A stretch of DNA of 58,757 nucleotides, counting the filler, from Nemertoderma westbladi (lineage: Eukaryota; Animalia; Xenacoelomorpha), in assembly GCA_032718475.1 (NCBI GenBank). It is 3 parts of 3 records of this genome, joined end to end, with 100 filler letters (N's around TTAATTAATTAA, not from the genome) between each part and the next. Parts side by side here need not be neighbours in the genome. Positions count along the whole stretch, not along the records: positions 25,390 to 49,727 come from JAUCBJ010005887.1; positions 49,828 to 58,757 come from JAUCBJ010004516.1; 1 more part is not named here. One strand, written 5' to 3'. The translations under genes and the position numbers were made by a program. A model generated the notes under the pieces. That model saw nothing but the letters and a program-made list of their open reading frames with translations, ran no database searches and was not told where the DNA came from. This document shows positions 36,883-50,239 of the stretch, in pieces. Each line of letters starts with the position of its first letter. Positions within the stretch are counted from its first letter, which is position 1.

Positions 36883-39360
36883 GTCTATCATTTCATACTG
36901 ACCACAGAACCAAGGCCGCTAGTGATTGACACTGTAGCGGAGCGGCGCATATTTCGGTGCCGTTGCATTTGCTTACAATTAATTATATTTCTGTATTTGT
37001 ATAGGCCTACAAGTGTAGTGCAGTAGTGTAGTGTAGTGTATAGGCCTACTACACTGGTATACACGTTTGACGTTTTGTAGGCCTATGAGTTTCTCACTCA
37101 TTTGTACTATTTTTGCACTCTTTTGTACTATTCAGCTATTTTTGCACTTTACTGTTTATTGTATGTACTCTTTTGTACTACGGTATATTGTACTACAGTA
37201 AGCAGAGAGCCGACGTACTAGTATGTCACTCAAAAGCTCCCTATTGCCAGATGGCTGCCAATTATTTACAGCTCACTGGACTCTACATACATACCAGTAC
37301 CATTGACACAATATTTAATTGTGCCTTTTAAAATGAATGTTTATGTGAAATAAAGAGTGTATTAAACTAAACTAAACTAAACACAACAGCAACAGACTAA
37401 CCAACCAACTAATAGACTACCGAATCCACAGCCCATACTCTGATACTGCAATACTAGTGGCAAGCCAAGTAGAGTAGCCTACAACGCCGTGGGGGTTCGG
37501 ATATTACCCAGTAAGCTTAGCCTACTATAACAAACTGCAGAACTTTATTTAGCTCAACAGCTGTAGTTTCATAAGGCTGTAAGGCTGTACTAAAAAAATA
37601 AAATTAGATTCGTCATTGTTCATAATTAGCACATTAAAGCTTTTACGGCCCTCGTCTGCTCGTTCTATTATTTCACTTACTGTCGCTAGGGAAACAAAAT
37701 TACTCGTGCTGTAACGCTATAAAAGTTCTATTTTATGAACAATGAAGTATATATAGTTAATATTATTAAACTATCAACTATACCATCAGACCATGGCATG
37801 ACCGATGACCGCAATACTCAATTAGATAATATGTAAGGTAAAGTAAGGTTAATTAGGCTACTTTATTAGGTAATATGTAAGGTTAATTACTTTATTGGCT
37901 AATATGTTATGTAAGTTTATTACTTTATTATGTAATATGTATAAGGTTAATTGCCATCCATGTATTTAGATTATTCAATTATGAATATTTTCATAAGCCA
38001 TGTGCCATGTCACAATGTCTATTGTCTATCAGTAGCAGCCAGCTTATGGCTTACTTATGAGAGAGGAAAAGTTACATCCAAAGCACAAACAGATAACGCT
38101 GCATAATTTAACGCCTTTTAAACTTTAACACAAAATCAACTTATTATTACAACTTACAAACTTAACATAAGGTTAATTCAGCATCTACAGTTCACAGTTG
38201 TAATCCAGGCACAGCACCAAGCACCAAGGGGCGCCTCTATTTCAGTTATACCCAACCTCCCACAGAGCGGCTACATCACAAGAACACCTGCAAGCATTGC
38301 GGCTATATCACAAGAAAATCTGTCAAGCATTGCGGCTACATCACAAGAAAGTCTGTCAATCATTTATCAGAGCTGGAGAGGGTTAACTCCTTCAAATCAT
38401 ACTGAACAAAGCAGCCCGATAACGGAACTGCAATTGGCCAGCCAGTTGATATCCAGACCAGCCAGGTGCGGGCTGGTGTTTCTATGAACTGGCTGGAAAA
38501 AAGTGAGATTTCATCTGGCTGCACAAAACCTCTAACTGGCTGACTGTACCTTACTGTACTATTTTGTATTTTTTTGTACTTTTTTGTACAGATTCGTCGG
38601 ACCGCACTAGGCCTATAGGCAGATCTGCAGATAGGCGTAGCTGTATAAAATATAAAATACACTGGGCTGGCACCCTGCCGGGCACCGGGAGTGAGAACAC
38701 ACAAGTTAACCGGGGATGGATTTGCACAATGTTAAAATTGATAAATGCAGTCTGGGAGTGGTGAGTTTTCACTGGCAACTGGAGGGCAGGAGGGGGTTAA
38801 AATACACTTGCAGACTTGGGAATTTTAAGCGGGAAGGGGGGGGGGGGGGGGGTGAGGGTGATTTTGCATACTGGCATAGCTGCATGGGGAGTGAATATAA
38901 TATACATACCACACCGTTACCGGCTGACCGGTACCGTACCTTTATTCATGTATTCTTAATAACGGTACCGGACCGGTCTGCCGGTATATTGTACCGGTAC
39001 CGGTACTGTATTATAGGCATACTATACCATAGCATAGACTGACTAACCACTAACAGAGCAAATAATTTAAATTAGAAATGATATAGGCCCCTACCGGTAT
39101 ATATTTTTTATAAATTATTTAGGCCTAAAGCAGTAGCCTAAAGTAAATTAATTGGTGTCAGTGCTCAATATCTGAATATAGGCCTATCTATATATGCTGA
39201 TGCTCTGGCTAGCAGTACCCGGTACAGAAATTCTTCATGTTTGCTATTGAAGTGTGCTGAAGTGAGTTGAGTTGGGAAAATTGATTAAGCTGGGAGGAAT
39301 ATATTACATGTTAACTTTTCGCATACATAGAGGTATTTAATCGTACTAATAAATACCGGT

Positions 39361-42300
39361 ATGTCTTCCAATAATGAGACTATACAAGATGGAGGAGGAC
39401 AGCAACAAATGAACATCCATCATACAAATTCACCAAGTACAATGACGGTTAGCCATAGTGGTGGTGTTGCAACTGGATACCAACAAGTTGGAGCATCTCA
39501 AATGAATCATGGTCAGGTACAAAATTATCATCCCGGCCTTCCGCAATCTGGTGGATCTGCATTCCCAGTACAACATCAAGGGAATACTCCACCAATGCAA
39601 CCACCTCCAACACATACCGGTAGTCATTCTGGCCTTGGTTCGGCCATACCATATCCTCCTTCATCTCACCAACAGCAACAATACCAACCTGGGCCTGGGC
39701 TTTTCCATCATACCCAAAGTGAATCGTACCAGGTCACACATTCGTCTTCTCATCAACAGCAGCTCAATGCGCCTTCTAGCAATGCTACAAACATGCCACA
39801 GAAAGTTCACCAACATCCCATGGCCCCTCCACAACAGCTACCAGCAGTTGCCATGCCGTCATCTCAGAGCAGCTTGCAACAACTGTCACATCCTGGTAGT
39901 TTATCGCAGTCGCATCCTCCGGCCACTGGGCAGCATCATAATAGCCAACAATTGCAACAGGCTGCTACTTCACTTCAACAACTTACCAGTGGAGTTCCAA
40001 CAAGACATCCTAGTGGTATGCAACCTTTTGCTGCAAGCACAATGCAGCCGCAACATCAGGGAGCCACTGTAATGCCCACAGGTAGCATGCCACAACCACA
40101 CCCTGGAGGCATTCAACATTCACAACCCGGAAGCATGCAACCACCACATCCTGGAAGTATGCAACAACCGCACTCAGCTGGTGGTATGCAACTGCAACAA
40201 GCACACCCTGGTGGTATACAAATGCAACAACCACATCAAGGAGGCATGCAGCAACCTCACCCTGCGGGTATGCAACTGCAACAACCACACCTTGGAAGCA
40301 CACCACAACCACACCCTGCTGGCATTCAACAACCACATCCTGGTGGCATGCAACAACAGCACATTGTTAGCATGCAGCAGCCTCATCTTGGAGTCATTCA
40401 ACAACCACATCCTAGAGGTATGCAGCAATCACACCCTGGAAACATGCAACTCCATCCAGGAAACCCTCAACAGCTCCATCAGGGAAACATGCAACTGTCT
40501 CTTCAAGGGAGCCCCCAGCAACCTCAACAAGGGTCCACGCTCCAGCAACATGTCCAATCATCCCATCCAGGTGGCATGCAACAGACACATCCAGGGAGTA
40601 TACAACAATCTCAACAAGGGAGCATGATACACCCAGGCAGCACCCAACAACCTCATACAGGAAGTATTCAACACCTTAATCAAGGAACCATGCAATCGTC
40701 GAATCATGGAGCTATGCATCAACCCCAACCAGTCTCCTTGCAGCAAAGTCACCAAAGTGGCTTTCAACAACCACATCCAGGGGGCATGCAACAATCTCAA
40801 ACAGCAAGCATGCCCCATCCAGGAAGCTTTCAACAACCACATGCGGGAAATATGCAATCAACCGGTTCCCATCAGGGGGCTATGCACCAACCTCAGTCGG
40901 TTCCCATGCAACAAACATCGCTAGGCATGCAGCAGCCCGGAGGGGCGCAACAACAACCAGCGGGAATGCAGCAGCAGCACCCCGGAGGAATCCAACCTTC
41001 ACATCTGGGTTCCATGCAGCCCTTTACACAGCAGCACCAACCACCCCAATCCCAGCAACAAGGTTACAAGACAATTCCTCAACAATTGCCACCCAGTTCT
41101 TTAGGACAAGGCTATGCCAATCCCCAGTACAACCAACAACCACCACCTCAGACTAATCAAGGCACTCTCACCAACCAACCACCCCCACAGTCAGATGGCG
41201 GTCATTTTCGTCCAGATGACCTACTCTACATACAAAATGCTATCGATCAGATGGGACAGCGAGGGTTGCATGATGACCCCCGTTACCGCCAGATGAAGCT
41301 AATGCTCAAAAGAGCTGAGTCTTCGGTAATGCAACTCCGGGGTTCTGTTCCTTTTACCTCCCGTAGTCAGTTACCTCCCCCTCAATCCGCACCGACTGAC
41401 ACGGCAGAGCGCCAGGGCTTTTCTCCAGCCCAGGTCGGCCAATTTCGCGCTCAGGTTTTCGCTTATAAAAATTTGTCGCGGAATATCCCTCTTACGGACC
41501 ACCTTCTATCAGCTGTCCATGGACGAACTCGCCAGTTTCCTGCGGCTCCTGCTCCCCAAACATCACAGACCTCGTCTCAACAAAATAAACCTCAGATTAA
41601 ACCCACCGCAGCTATGGTCCAAGGCGCCCACCAACAACCTACGATAACTTCAGTCCTTCCGAAACCCAGTCGTTTAGCTCCAGTAGCGAAACCAACTGGT
41701 TTAGATCCTCACGAAATCATGTCTGAGCGCGAGAATCGAGTTCAAAACAGAATCGCAGCGCGAATAAAAGAATTGAGCGTTCTTCCAGTCGCTGTGGGCG
41801 ACCAAACCAAAATGCGTTCTGTTATTGAATTGCGTTCTTTGAGATTGCTCAACTTCCAGAAACAGCTGCGCCGTGAATTTTTACAATGCTTCCGACGCGA
41901 TACAACTCTAGAAACAGCTTTTAATTCTCGGATGTACAAACGCGCGAAACGTCAAACGTTGAAAGAAGCACGGCTCACGGAAAAATACGAGAAGCAGCAG
42001 AAACTCGAAGTCGAGCGGCGAAGACGTCAGAGACATTCAGAATTTCTCAACTCAGTTATCCAACACGCGAGAGATTTCAGAGAGTTTCACAAACATGTGG
42101 CTTCGAAGACGGTTAAACTCTATCGAGCTGTAATGCTTCATCACATAAACGCAGAACGAGAGCAGAAGAAAGAGAACGAGAGAATTGAGAAAGAGAGAAT
42201 GAGGCGATTAATGGCTGAGGATGAGGAAGGCTATAGGAAACTTATTGATCAGAAGAAAGATAGAAGATTAGCTTTCTTGTTGAGCCAAACCGACGAATAC

Positions 42301-44106
42301 ATAAATAATTTGACAACTCTCGTGCAGAAACATAAACTCGACATGCAGAAAAAACGGCGAAAGAAGAAGAAGACACATTTGAAGCCAACTGCAGATACTG
42401 GAGTGGATGAAAGTAGTCAGTTCAGTGACCTCACTGTCACCGTCATGGAGACTGCTACAGGGCAGATCCTCTCTAATGAAGACGCGCCCAAGGCTTCCGA
42501 GGTGGATGCCTGGTTGATTGAGCACGATGGTTGGCAGGTTGCTCCGCGCGATGAAGGGGACAGCGAGGAGAGCTCTGGCCCGGACGGGGAGGGTGATGAC
42601 GACGATGATGACGATCCTGATACCACGGAACTCCCCAAGTTCTCCCTTCCGTATGGATCGTCTGTGATGGACGGCCCTGCTGACGACGATAAGACGCAGG
42701 CTGAGCGCGACAAGGAGATAATATCTCGAGCCCGGAAGACAGTAGATGACGACGAGTACAAACTAACTCCTGCGCTTATCAACAACTACTACAACTTCAT
42801 TCACAGTATCCGCGAGCCAGTAACCCAGCAGCCATCCCGCTTAATTGGTGGAACACTCAAGGAATACCAGATTAAGGGACTCGAATGGATGGTCAGTCTA
42901 TTCAATAACAATCTCAATGGAATTCTTGCGGACGAGATGGGTCTGGGTAAGACCATCCAAACCATCGCTTTGGTCATCTACATGGCTGAAATGAAGCGAA
43001 TTAACGGGCCTTATCTCATCATAGTGCCGTTGTCCACACTGTCCAACTGGATTCTAGAATTCGATAAATGGACCGTCAACCTCAATGTCATCCCTTATAA
43101 GGGCAGCCCCAATGCCCGCCGCAGTATTCAACCGATTCTTCGCTCCGGCAAGTTCAACGTAGTTGTTACAACCTACGAGTACATCATGAAGGATAAAGCA
43201 GTGCTCGCCAAGATACGTTGGAAGTACTTGATCGTAGACGAAGGCCATCGTATGAAGAACCACCACTGTAAACTAACGCAGATACTTAACACCCACTACA
43301 TCGCACACAATAGGATTCTACTCACTGGGACGCCTTTGCAGAACAAACTCCCTGAGTTGTGGGCGCTGCTTAATTTCCTTTTACCTGCGATATTTAAATC
43401 CTGTAACACATTCGAGCAGTGGTTCAACGCGCCATTCGCCAACACCAGCGAGAAAGTAGAACTCAATGAGGAGGAGACCATCCTCATTATACGTCGACTC
43501 CATAAAGTACTCAGACCGTTCCTTCTGAGACGTTTAAAGAAAGAGGTTGAAGCCCAGCTTCCCGAGAAGGTTGAGTACGTTGTTAAATGCGACATGTCTG
43601 GTCTACAGCGGAACATTTACAAGCATATGCAACGGAAAGGGATTCTGTTAACAGACGGATCTGAGCGGAAACAGGAAGATAAGAAGGGGCGTGGAGGACA
43701 GCGGATACTCTCCAACACAATAATGCAGCTTCGCAAGATCTGCAACCATCCCTTCGTGTTCCAGACCATCGAGGCCAACTTCGCTAAGAGAATGGGTTCC
43801 ACCACCGGACAGGTTCCGCTCGGTCCCATCTACTTCCGAACCTCTGGTAAGTTCGAGCTGCTCGATCGAATCCTCCCTAAACTCAAGCGAATGGGACACA
43901 AGGTTCTCATCTTCTCCCAGATGACGGCCGTTATGAACGTGATGGAGGACTACTTTACCTGGAGGGACTTTAAGTATCTCCGACTCGATGGGTCTACGAA
44001 GTCAGACGACCGCGGCGAGTTACTCACTAAGTTCTGCAGTAAGGAGATGAATTACTTTGTGTTTCTATTATCAACTCGAGCCGGAGGGTTGGGTTTGAAT
44101 TTGCAG
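39361..44106 (+). CDS. SMARCA4: SMARCA4/SMARCA2 (BRG1/brahma) SWI/SNF ATPase, coding exon 1
   Basis: QLQ-like ([19 protein letters not shown]), HSA, BRK, and SNF2 motifs [45 protein letters not shown]; donor CAG|gtaagc. Confidence 0.96.
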
Positions 44107-45813
44107 GTAAGCCAATTCGCAGCCACAAAGTAATTAATTTTAGGCTCATTTAATTCCTTTTTTATAATTTGTGAATGTGACCCCTTTTCAAAACTAACTA
44201 TTTATTGTACGGTCAATATAATATGCTTTATTTACCGTTCGTCCCGAGATCTGTTCGGCCTATTTACCGACTGAGCTCAGCGAGTGATGTAAATAAGTCA
44301 GATCGAGGGATGAAAAGGTAAATAACGTGTTTTATTTATCGTACAATATGTAATTTTATTGTTAAAATCATATTTTTTGTTATAATTATTAAAAGATATC
44401 ATTGTTTAATAAGTAATTAAACATTACACCAGTCGCACCGCAATATGCACCGCACCAGTCGCATACCAATGGAAAGGTGTCGTTACAAGGATTACAAATT
44501 TCTAAATTTTTAAGTACCTATTAATGTCGTTGAGAAATAGCTGAGATATGGTTGAGTTCAAAAAGTCCAGGTATTTGCATCCGTTACAGTTTGAAGGGCA
44601 GGCCATTTATTACATTTATATAATAAATACACAATATTATGGAACATGAAGAAGATTATTAATAATTAGTAATCTTCTAGAAATTATTACTTGATGTAAT
44701 TGTACTAGTTAAATAAATATAATGCCCCAGAATAGTATTTATTGCAGTACAAAGTTGACTGGTTGAAGATCAATAATCCCCATTTTCCGAGGTAAATAAT
44801 GCAAATCTTATTTACCGCTAGCCCATTGACTGAGCGGTAAATAATGTAAATTTTAACAATAAAAACGTTTTATTCGAAATCGATCCGTAATGTTATTGTT
44901 TTTTTTTTTATAAAATTACATACATACTCATTGCCAAGTATTTCACAGTGTTTATTATTGTTGTCGCTTTATTTTCACTCATGTAATTGAAAACACAAGC
45001 AATTTATATGAATATACAATTTAATATTTAAACAATATATAATGATAATATTAATGAAATTAATTACACTAAATAAATAAACAAGAAACAATCTGAAACA
45101 ATCTCGACTTTCAATTCATCACACAATAACTATGCCAACTTTTCCAATCCTTTCTGTATCTCCTCTATTCTCTCTCCCTCACTACTCACTTTCTCTCACA
45201 CAGCTGATTAACTTAGATATACTATTATTGATAATATTAAATAATCACACTCACGCCTGAGCATTGAGATGCAGAATAATATTCGGGTTCAGGGTGAATA
45301 AAGTAAATTTGGTGTGTTCATGTCCGTTTGGTTACGGTATCGGTATATATTATTAATATTATTGTATCACTTCATATTAGATTTACCAAATGCACATAAA
45401 ATATATGTGTCAGTGCATATAGAAACCAGACGATTCCGAGAAAAAATAATTTTTGAGTAATGCATTGCATAAGAAGCGCATTTAAATTAGCTTTCCAATG
45501 CACCCACCCACATGTCATTGCGACCCACAGTTCAAAAGTTACGCAATAAATAGTGAAAGTATATGAAAGGAAAATTTTATAATAGTAATTTTGAAACATT
45601 GATTTAAATGCTGGAAATCTCGGTTTTTAAATAGAAGTAAATCTAACTCTCTCTTTTCGTATTCTGTCTGTCTGTCTGTCAAATATATAACAGCATTCAA
45701 TCTAACTAAAATTTTGTTGTGGGGGTATTTCTGGTCGGAGATTTAATTTCCGATGTCAGTTTTCAATCATGCTTGAAGAAATCTAGACTTTATCTGTGTC
45801 CGTCTCTCTGTCG

Positions 45814-45852
<39 letters not shown>

Positions 45853-46647
45853 AAAAAATTAAGAATTATACTAGAAGACTAAAATCATCGTTATGGGGGT
45901 AATTTTGGAAGGTGATTTCATTTCCGATGTCAGTTTTCATGCTTGAAGAAATCTAGACTGTATCTGTCGGTCTGTCTGTCTGTCTGTCAAAAAATTAAGA
46001 ATTATACTAGAAGACCAAAATCATCGTTATGGGGGTAATTCTTGGCGTTGATTTCATTTCTTGCTTGAAGAAATCTTTTTTGACATTTTTGACAGACAGA
46101 CAGACAACTGTCCGTTTGACTGACAGTCCGACATACATACAAACAGTCTTAAATCCATAAAACATAAAAACCGACATCAGAAATGAAATTACCGTCCTCA
46201 AATACCCCCATAACAAAAAATTTAGTCAATTAGTAAACTTCCTTGCATTTTTGACAGACAGACAGACAACTGTCGGGCTGGCATTCCGACAGACATAAAA
46301 AACATTCTTGAATCCATCAAACATTAAAACTGACATCAGAAATGAAATCAGCGACCCCCAGAAAAGCCCCATAATTTCAAACCGCCCAACCTCACAACAT
46401 TTTAAGAATCTTTAAATAATTTGACGACAATATGATTAGACATATGACAGATGGACAGACCGACAAAACATATAATTTTATCCAAAATTGTATGTTCAAT
46501 GACTATAAACATAACTAATGAACATATTTTGAAAAAAAAAATTTGAAAAAGATTTATTTTTTTTAACTTTATTCCCCATGATTTTCTCAAAATGAATTCA
46601 GCCCGAAATCGGCTGGTTTCTATAATGCACTGACACTGACACATATA

Positions 46648-47525
46648 CACCATGTCCCGTAATATAGTGTCATTTTCTGATAACACGGACCCCCCCCCCC
46701 CCAGATTTTTCTACAAATCTTTATCATATTGTTTGAAATTTGATACATAACTAGTTCCACTCAACCTCGATGACCCCATGAAGCCGGAATTTTCGATTTT
46801 GCCTTTAAATTTTTTTTATAGGCGTTTAAAAAAGTGTCTTTTGCGAAATCGCACCCTCCGTATCGTAGACATTCTTCACATTAGTCGTAATTTTTTCATA
46901 TCATTAAAAAGCTTGCGTTGCAAGGATTCCAAATATGTAACAATATCTGAATTTCGTTGAGAAACAACTGAGATATAGGTGTTCAAATATTGCAAGAATT
47001 ATCGATCGCTGAAGGCCATTTATTCCACTTAATAAATACACGATGTTCTGAAACATTTTGTTTAAGTATGATTAGCTACGTAATATAGATATTGGATAGG
47101 AATACCGCTGTTGCCAACCAACTTATAAAATAAATAACACATTCTAGAATTTTGTGTATTAATTAAATAGAATAAATGGCCTTCAGCGAACAATAATTCT
47201 AGCAATCTTTGAACGCCTATATCTCAGCTGTTTCTCACCGAAACTCATAAATTGTTACATATTTGGAATCCTTGCAACGCAAGCTTTTTAATGATAGTGC
47301 AATGATAATGAAAGGAGGGTGCGATTTCGCAAAAGACACTTTTTTAAAATGCTTATAAAAAAATTTAAAGGCAAAATCCAAAATTCCGGATTCATGGTAA
47401 CAACCACGGTGAGTGGAACTAGTTGTGTTTCAAATTTCAAGCAATATGATAAGGATTTGTAGAAAAATCTGGGGGGGGGGGGGTCCGTGTCATCTGAAAA
47501 TGACACTATATTACGGGACATGGTT
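46648..47525. mobile_element. ~880-bp foldback MITE with TA target duplication in the SMARCA4 intron
   Basis: CACCATGTCCCGTAATATAGTGTCATTTTC / GAAAATGACACTATATTACGGGACATGGTT; arms pair along almost the whole length; TA on both sides. Confidence 0.9.
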
Positions 47526-47774
47526 TATTCAATTGCAATAAGGCTGGATACTTTATATATACCAGTATTACTTTTTTCTTCAGCAATTTTATTCAATGGC
47601 TATTTTATTCCTAGTGCAATATTTGAACAAGGAAGTGTCAGACTAAAGTGGCTGAACTTGTCAGCTCGCTACTGAGGAGCCCCAATAGGTCGAAGTGGTG
47701 CGTTTTTTATAGTAATCCCGATCATCATTTACTACTAGAGTCGCATTATCAGCTCAACACCGATTTATTTCCAG

Positions 47775-49727
47775 GTTGCGGACACTGTGATCATCTTCGA
47801 CAGCGACTGGAACCCGCACCAGGACTTGCAGGCCCAGGACCGCGCCCATCGGATAGGCCAAGAGCGGGAGGTGCGAGTCCTGCGACTAATGACGGTTCAC
47901 ACCATAGAGGAGCGAATACAACAGACCGCCAAGAACAAACTCAACATCGACGAGAAAGTCATCCAAGCCGGGATGTTCGACCACAAGTCGACTGGGCAGG
48001 ACCGACGGGCCTATCTGCACGAGATCCTCCGAGAGGAAGAGGACGACGACGAAGAGGAGGATGAAGTTCCGGATTACGAGACGTTGAATCAGCTGATCGC
48101 GCGGGACGAGGAGGAGTTCGAGATATACCAGCGGATGGACCTCGCGATGCAGATGCAGGAGGAACGGGACGGGGCCCCGCCGCGTCTGATGCAGGAGGAC
48201 GAGTTGCCGGACTGGTTGAAGAAGGACGACGAGGAGCTGGATCGGTTCGCCTTGGAGGAGGAGGACGACCGACTGTTCGGCCGCGGCGAGCGGGTTCGCA
48301 AAGAGGTCGACTACAGCGACCGACTCACTGAGAAGGAGTGGATGAAAGCGATGGAGGAGTTAGAAGAGGAGGATTACCAGGAGGCCCCGAGGAAGAGTCG
48401 GAAGAGACGCGGGAACGGGAAGCGCTACATCGACGATGAGGCGGATGATGACGACGAATCTATGAGACCGAAACGACGACGGGGTCGTCCGCCAGCCGAC
48501 AAACAGCCCAACGAGCCGGAGCTCGTCGACGCGATGCGTAAACTCATCGACGTGCTGTGTAAGTACGAGGACTCTACCGGACGGACCCTGATCGATCCAT
48601 TCCTGCAGCTCCCGTCGCGTAGTCAGCTCCCGTCCTACTACGAGGTGATCCGATACCCGATGGACATAAAGAAGATCAACAATAAGATTCGAACCCATCG
48701 GTACCGGTGTTTAGCCGACCTAGAGGACGACGTTCTGCTGATGTGTAAGAACGCTCGGGAGTACAACGAAGACAACTCGCTAATCTACGAGGACTCCCTC
48801 GCCCTCCAGTCCGTGTTCACCGCCGCCAAGGAGAGTCTCGATAGTAAAGTCGGCTCCAACGACGAGGAAACCGACGCTGCTGATGACGACACGGAGTGCG
48901 GGAAGCGGTCGTCCGGTCGCTCGAGTAACGCGAGTTCCGTAATGGCGGTGGGAGGAAGGAAGTCGAGACGGTTGGAGACACCGCTGTCGAGTGAGGAGGA
49001 AGGGCCCTCGGGTGGAACCCAGAGTGGATCGGTGGGTGGGGCGGTGGGTGGGACTCAGAGCGGATCGGTGGGAGAAACCCAGAGTGAGTCGGTGTCTGCA
49101 ACCCAGAGTGGGTCGGTGGTTGCCCCCCAGGATGGGATGGTGGGTGCAACCCAGAGTGGATCGGTGGGTGCCTCCCAGGATGGGGTGGTGGGTGCAACCC
49201 AGAGTGAGGCTGTGGGTGCAATCCATAGTGGGTCGCTGGGTGCAACCCAGAGTGGGTCGATTGGTGTAAGCCAAGGTGGGTCGTCTGTAACAGAGCGGAT
49301 GTTAACCCAGAGCGGGTTAGAGGCTGTTCCAAACCAGATGGTAGGCGTCACCCAAAGTGGGTCGACGCAAGGTTCCATCCACGGCGGGTTAATGGCGGGT
49401 GTAATCCCGAGCGGGTTAGCTAGTGCCACTCATAGGCCTAGTGGATTGGTGAGTTGGACTCACAATCAGTTAGTGGGTGGGATTCCCGGTGGGTTGACAG
49501 GTGCCACTCACGGCGGGTTTGCGAATGCTGGCGGGTTGGTGAATGCTGGCGGGTTTGGCCCTCGCAGTGGGTTCATGGGTGTACCTTATGGTGGGTTTGT
49601 AGGTTATGGTGCTCCCTATACTGGCTTTATGAATGGAGGGCCTTCCCATGGCGGTTTGATGAGTGCTGGTACTACCCATACGGGTCTGACAGGTGGAGTT
49701 GGTTCACAGGGCTCCTTCTTAGGTGTG
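47775..49727 (+). CDS. SMARCA4: SMARCA4/brahma coding exon 2 (helicase C-terminus, SnAC, AT-hook, bromodomain, Gly-rich tail); runs into the gap
   Basis: Acceptor tttccag|GTT gives LNLQ|[29 protein letters not shown]; RRRGRPP AT-hook; bromodomain [24 protein letters not shown]; no stop before the Ns. Confidence 0.95.
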
Positions 49728-49827
49728 NNNNNNNNNNNNNNNNNNNNNNNNNNNNNNNNNNNNNNNNNNNNTTAATTAATTAANNNNNNNNNNNNNNNNN
49801 NNNNNNNNNNNNNNNNNNNNNNNNNNN
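49728..49827. other. Assembly gap with artificial TTAATTAATTAA linker
   Basis: 44 N + linker + 44 N. Confidence 0.95.
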
Positions 49828-50239
49828 GGCTGTGGTTGTGGCTGTGGCTGTGGTTGTGGCTGTGGTTGTGGCTGTGGTTGTGGCTGTGGTTGTGGCTGTG
49901 GTTGTGGCTGTGGCTGTGGTTGTGGCTGTGGTTGTGGCTGTGGTTGTGGCTGTGGTTGTGGTTGTGGCTGTGGTTGTGGCTGTGGCTGTGGTTGTGGCTG
50001 TGGCTGTGGTTGTGGCTGTGGTTGTGGCTGTGGCTGTGGTTGTGGCTGTGGCTGTAGCTGTGGTTGTGGTTGTGGCTGTGGCTGTGGCTGTGGCTGTGGC
50101 TGTGGTTGTGGTTGTGGCTGTGGTTGTGGCTGTGGCTGTGGCTGTGGCTGTAGCTGTGGTTGTGGTTGTGGCTGTGGCTGTGGCTGTGGTTGTGGGTGTG
50201 GCTGTGGTTGTGGCTGTGGTTGTGGTTGTGGCTGTGGGT
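49828..50239. repeat. (GTGGCT/GTGGTT)n hexanucleotide microsatellite
   Basis: Seen directly; abuts the gap. Confidence 0.95.

Noticed and set aside
38360-38704. 114-aa minus-strand ORF
   Set aside because: Partly overlaps transposon TIR sequence and has no recognisable domain; a terminal exon cannot be excluded but is unsupported.
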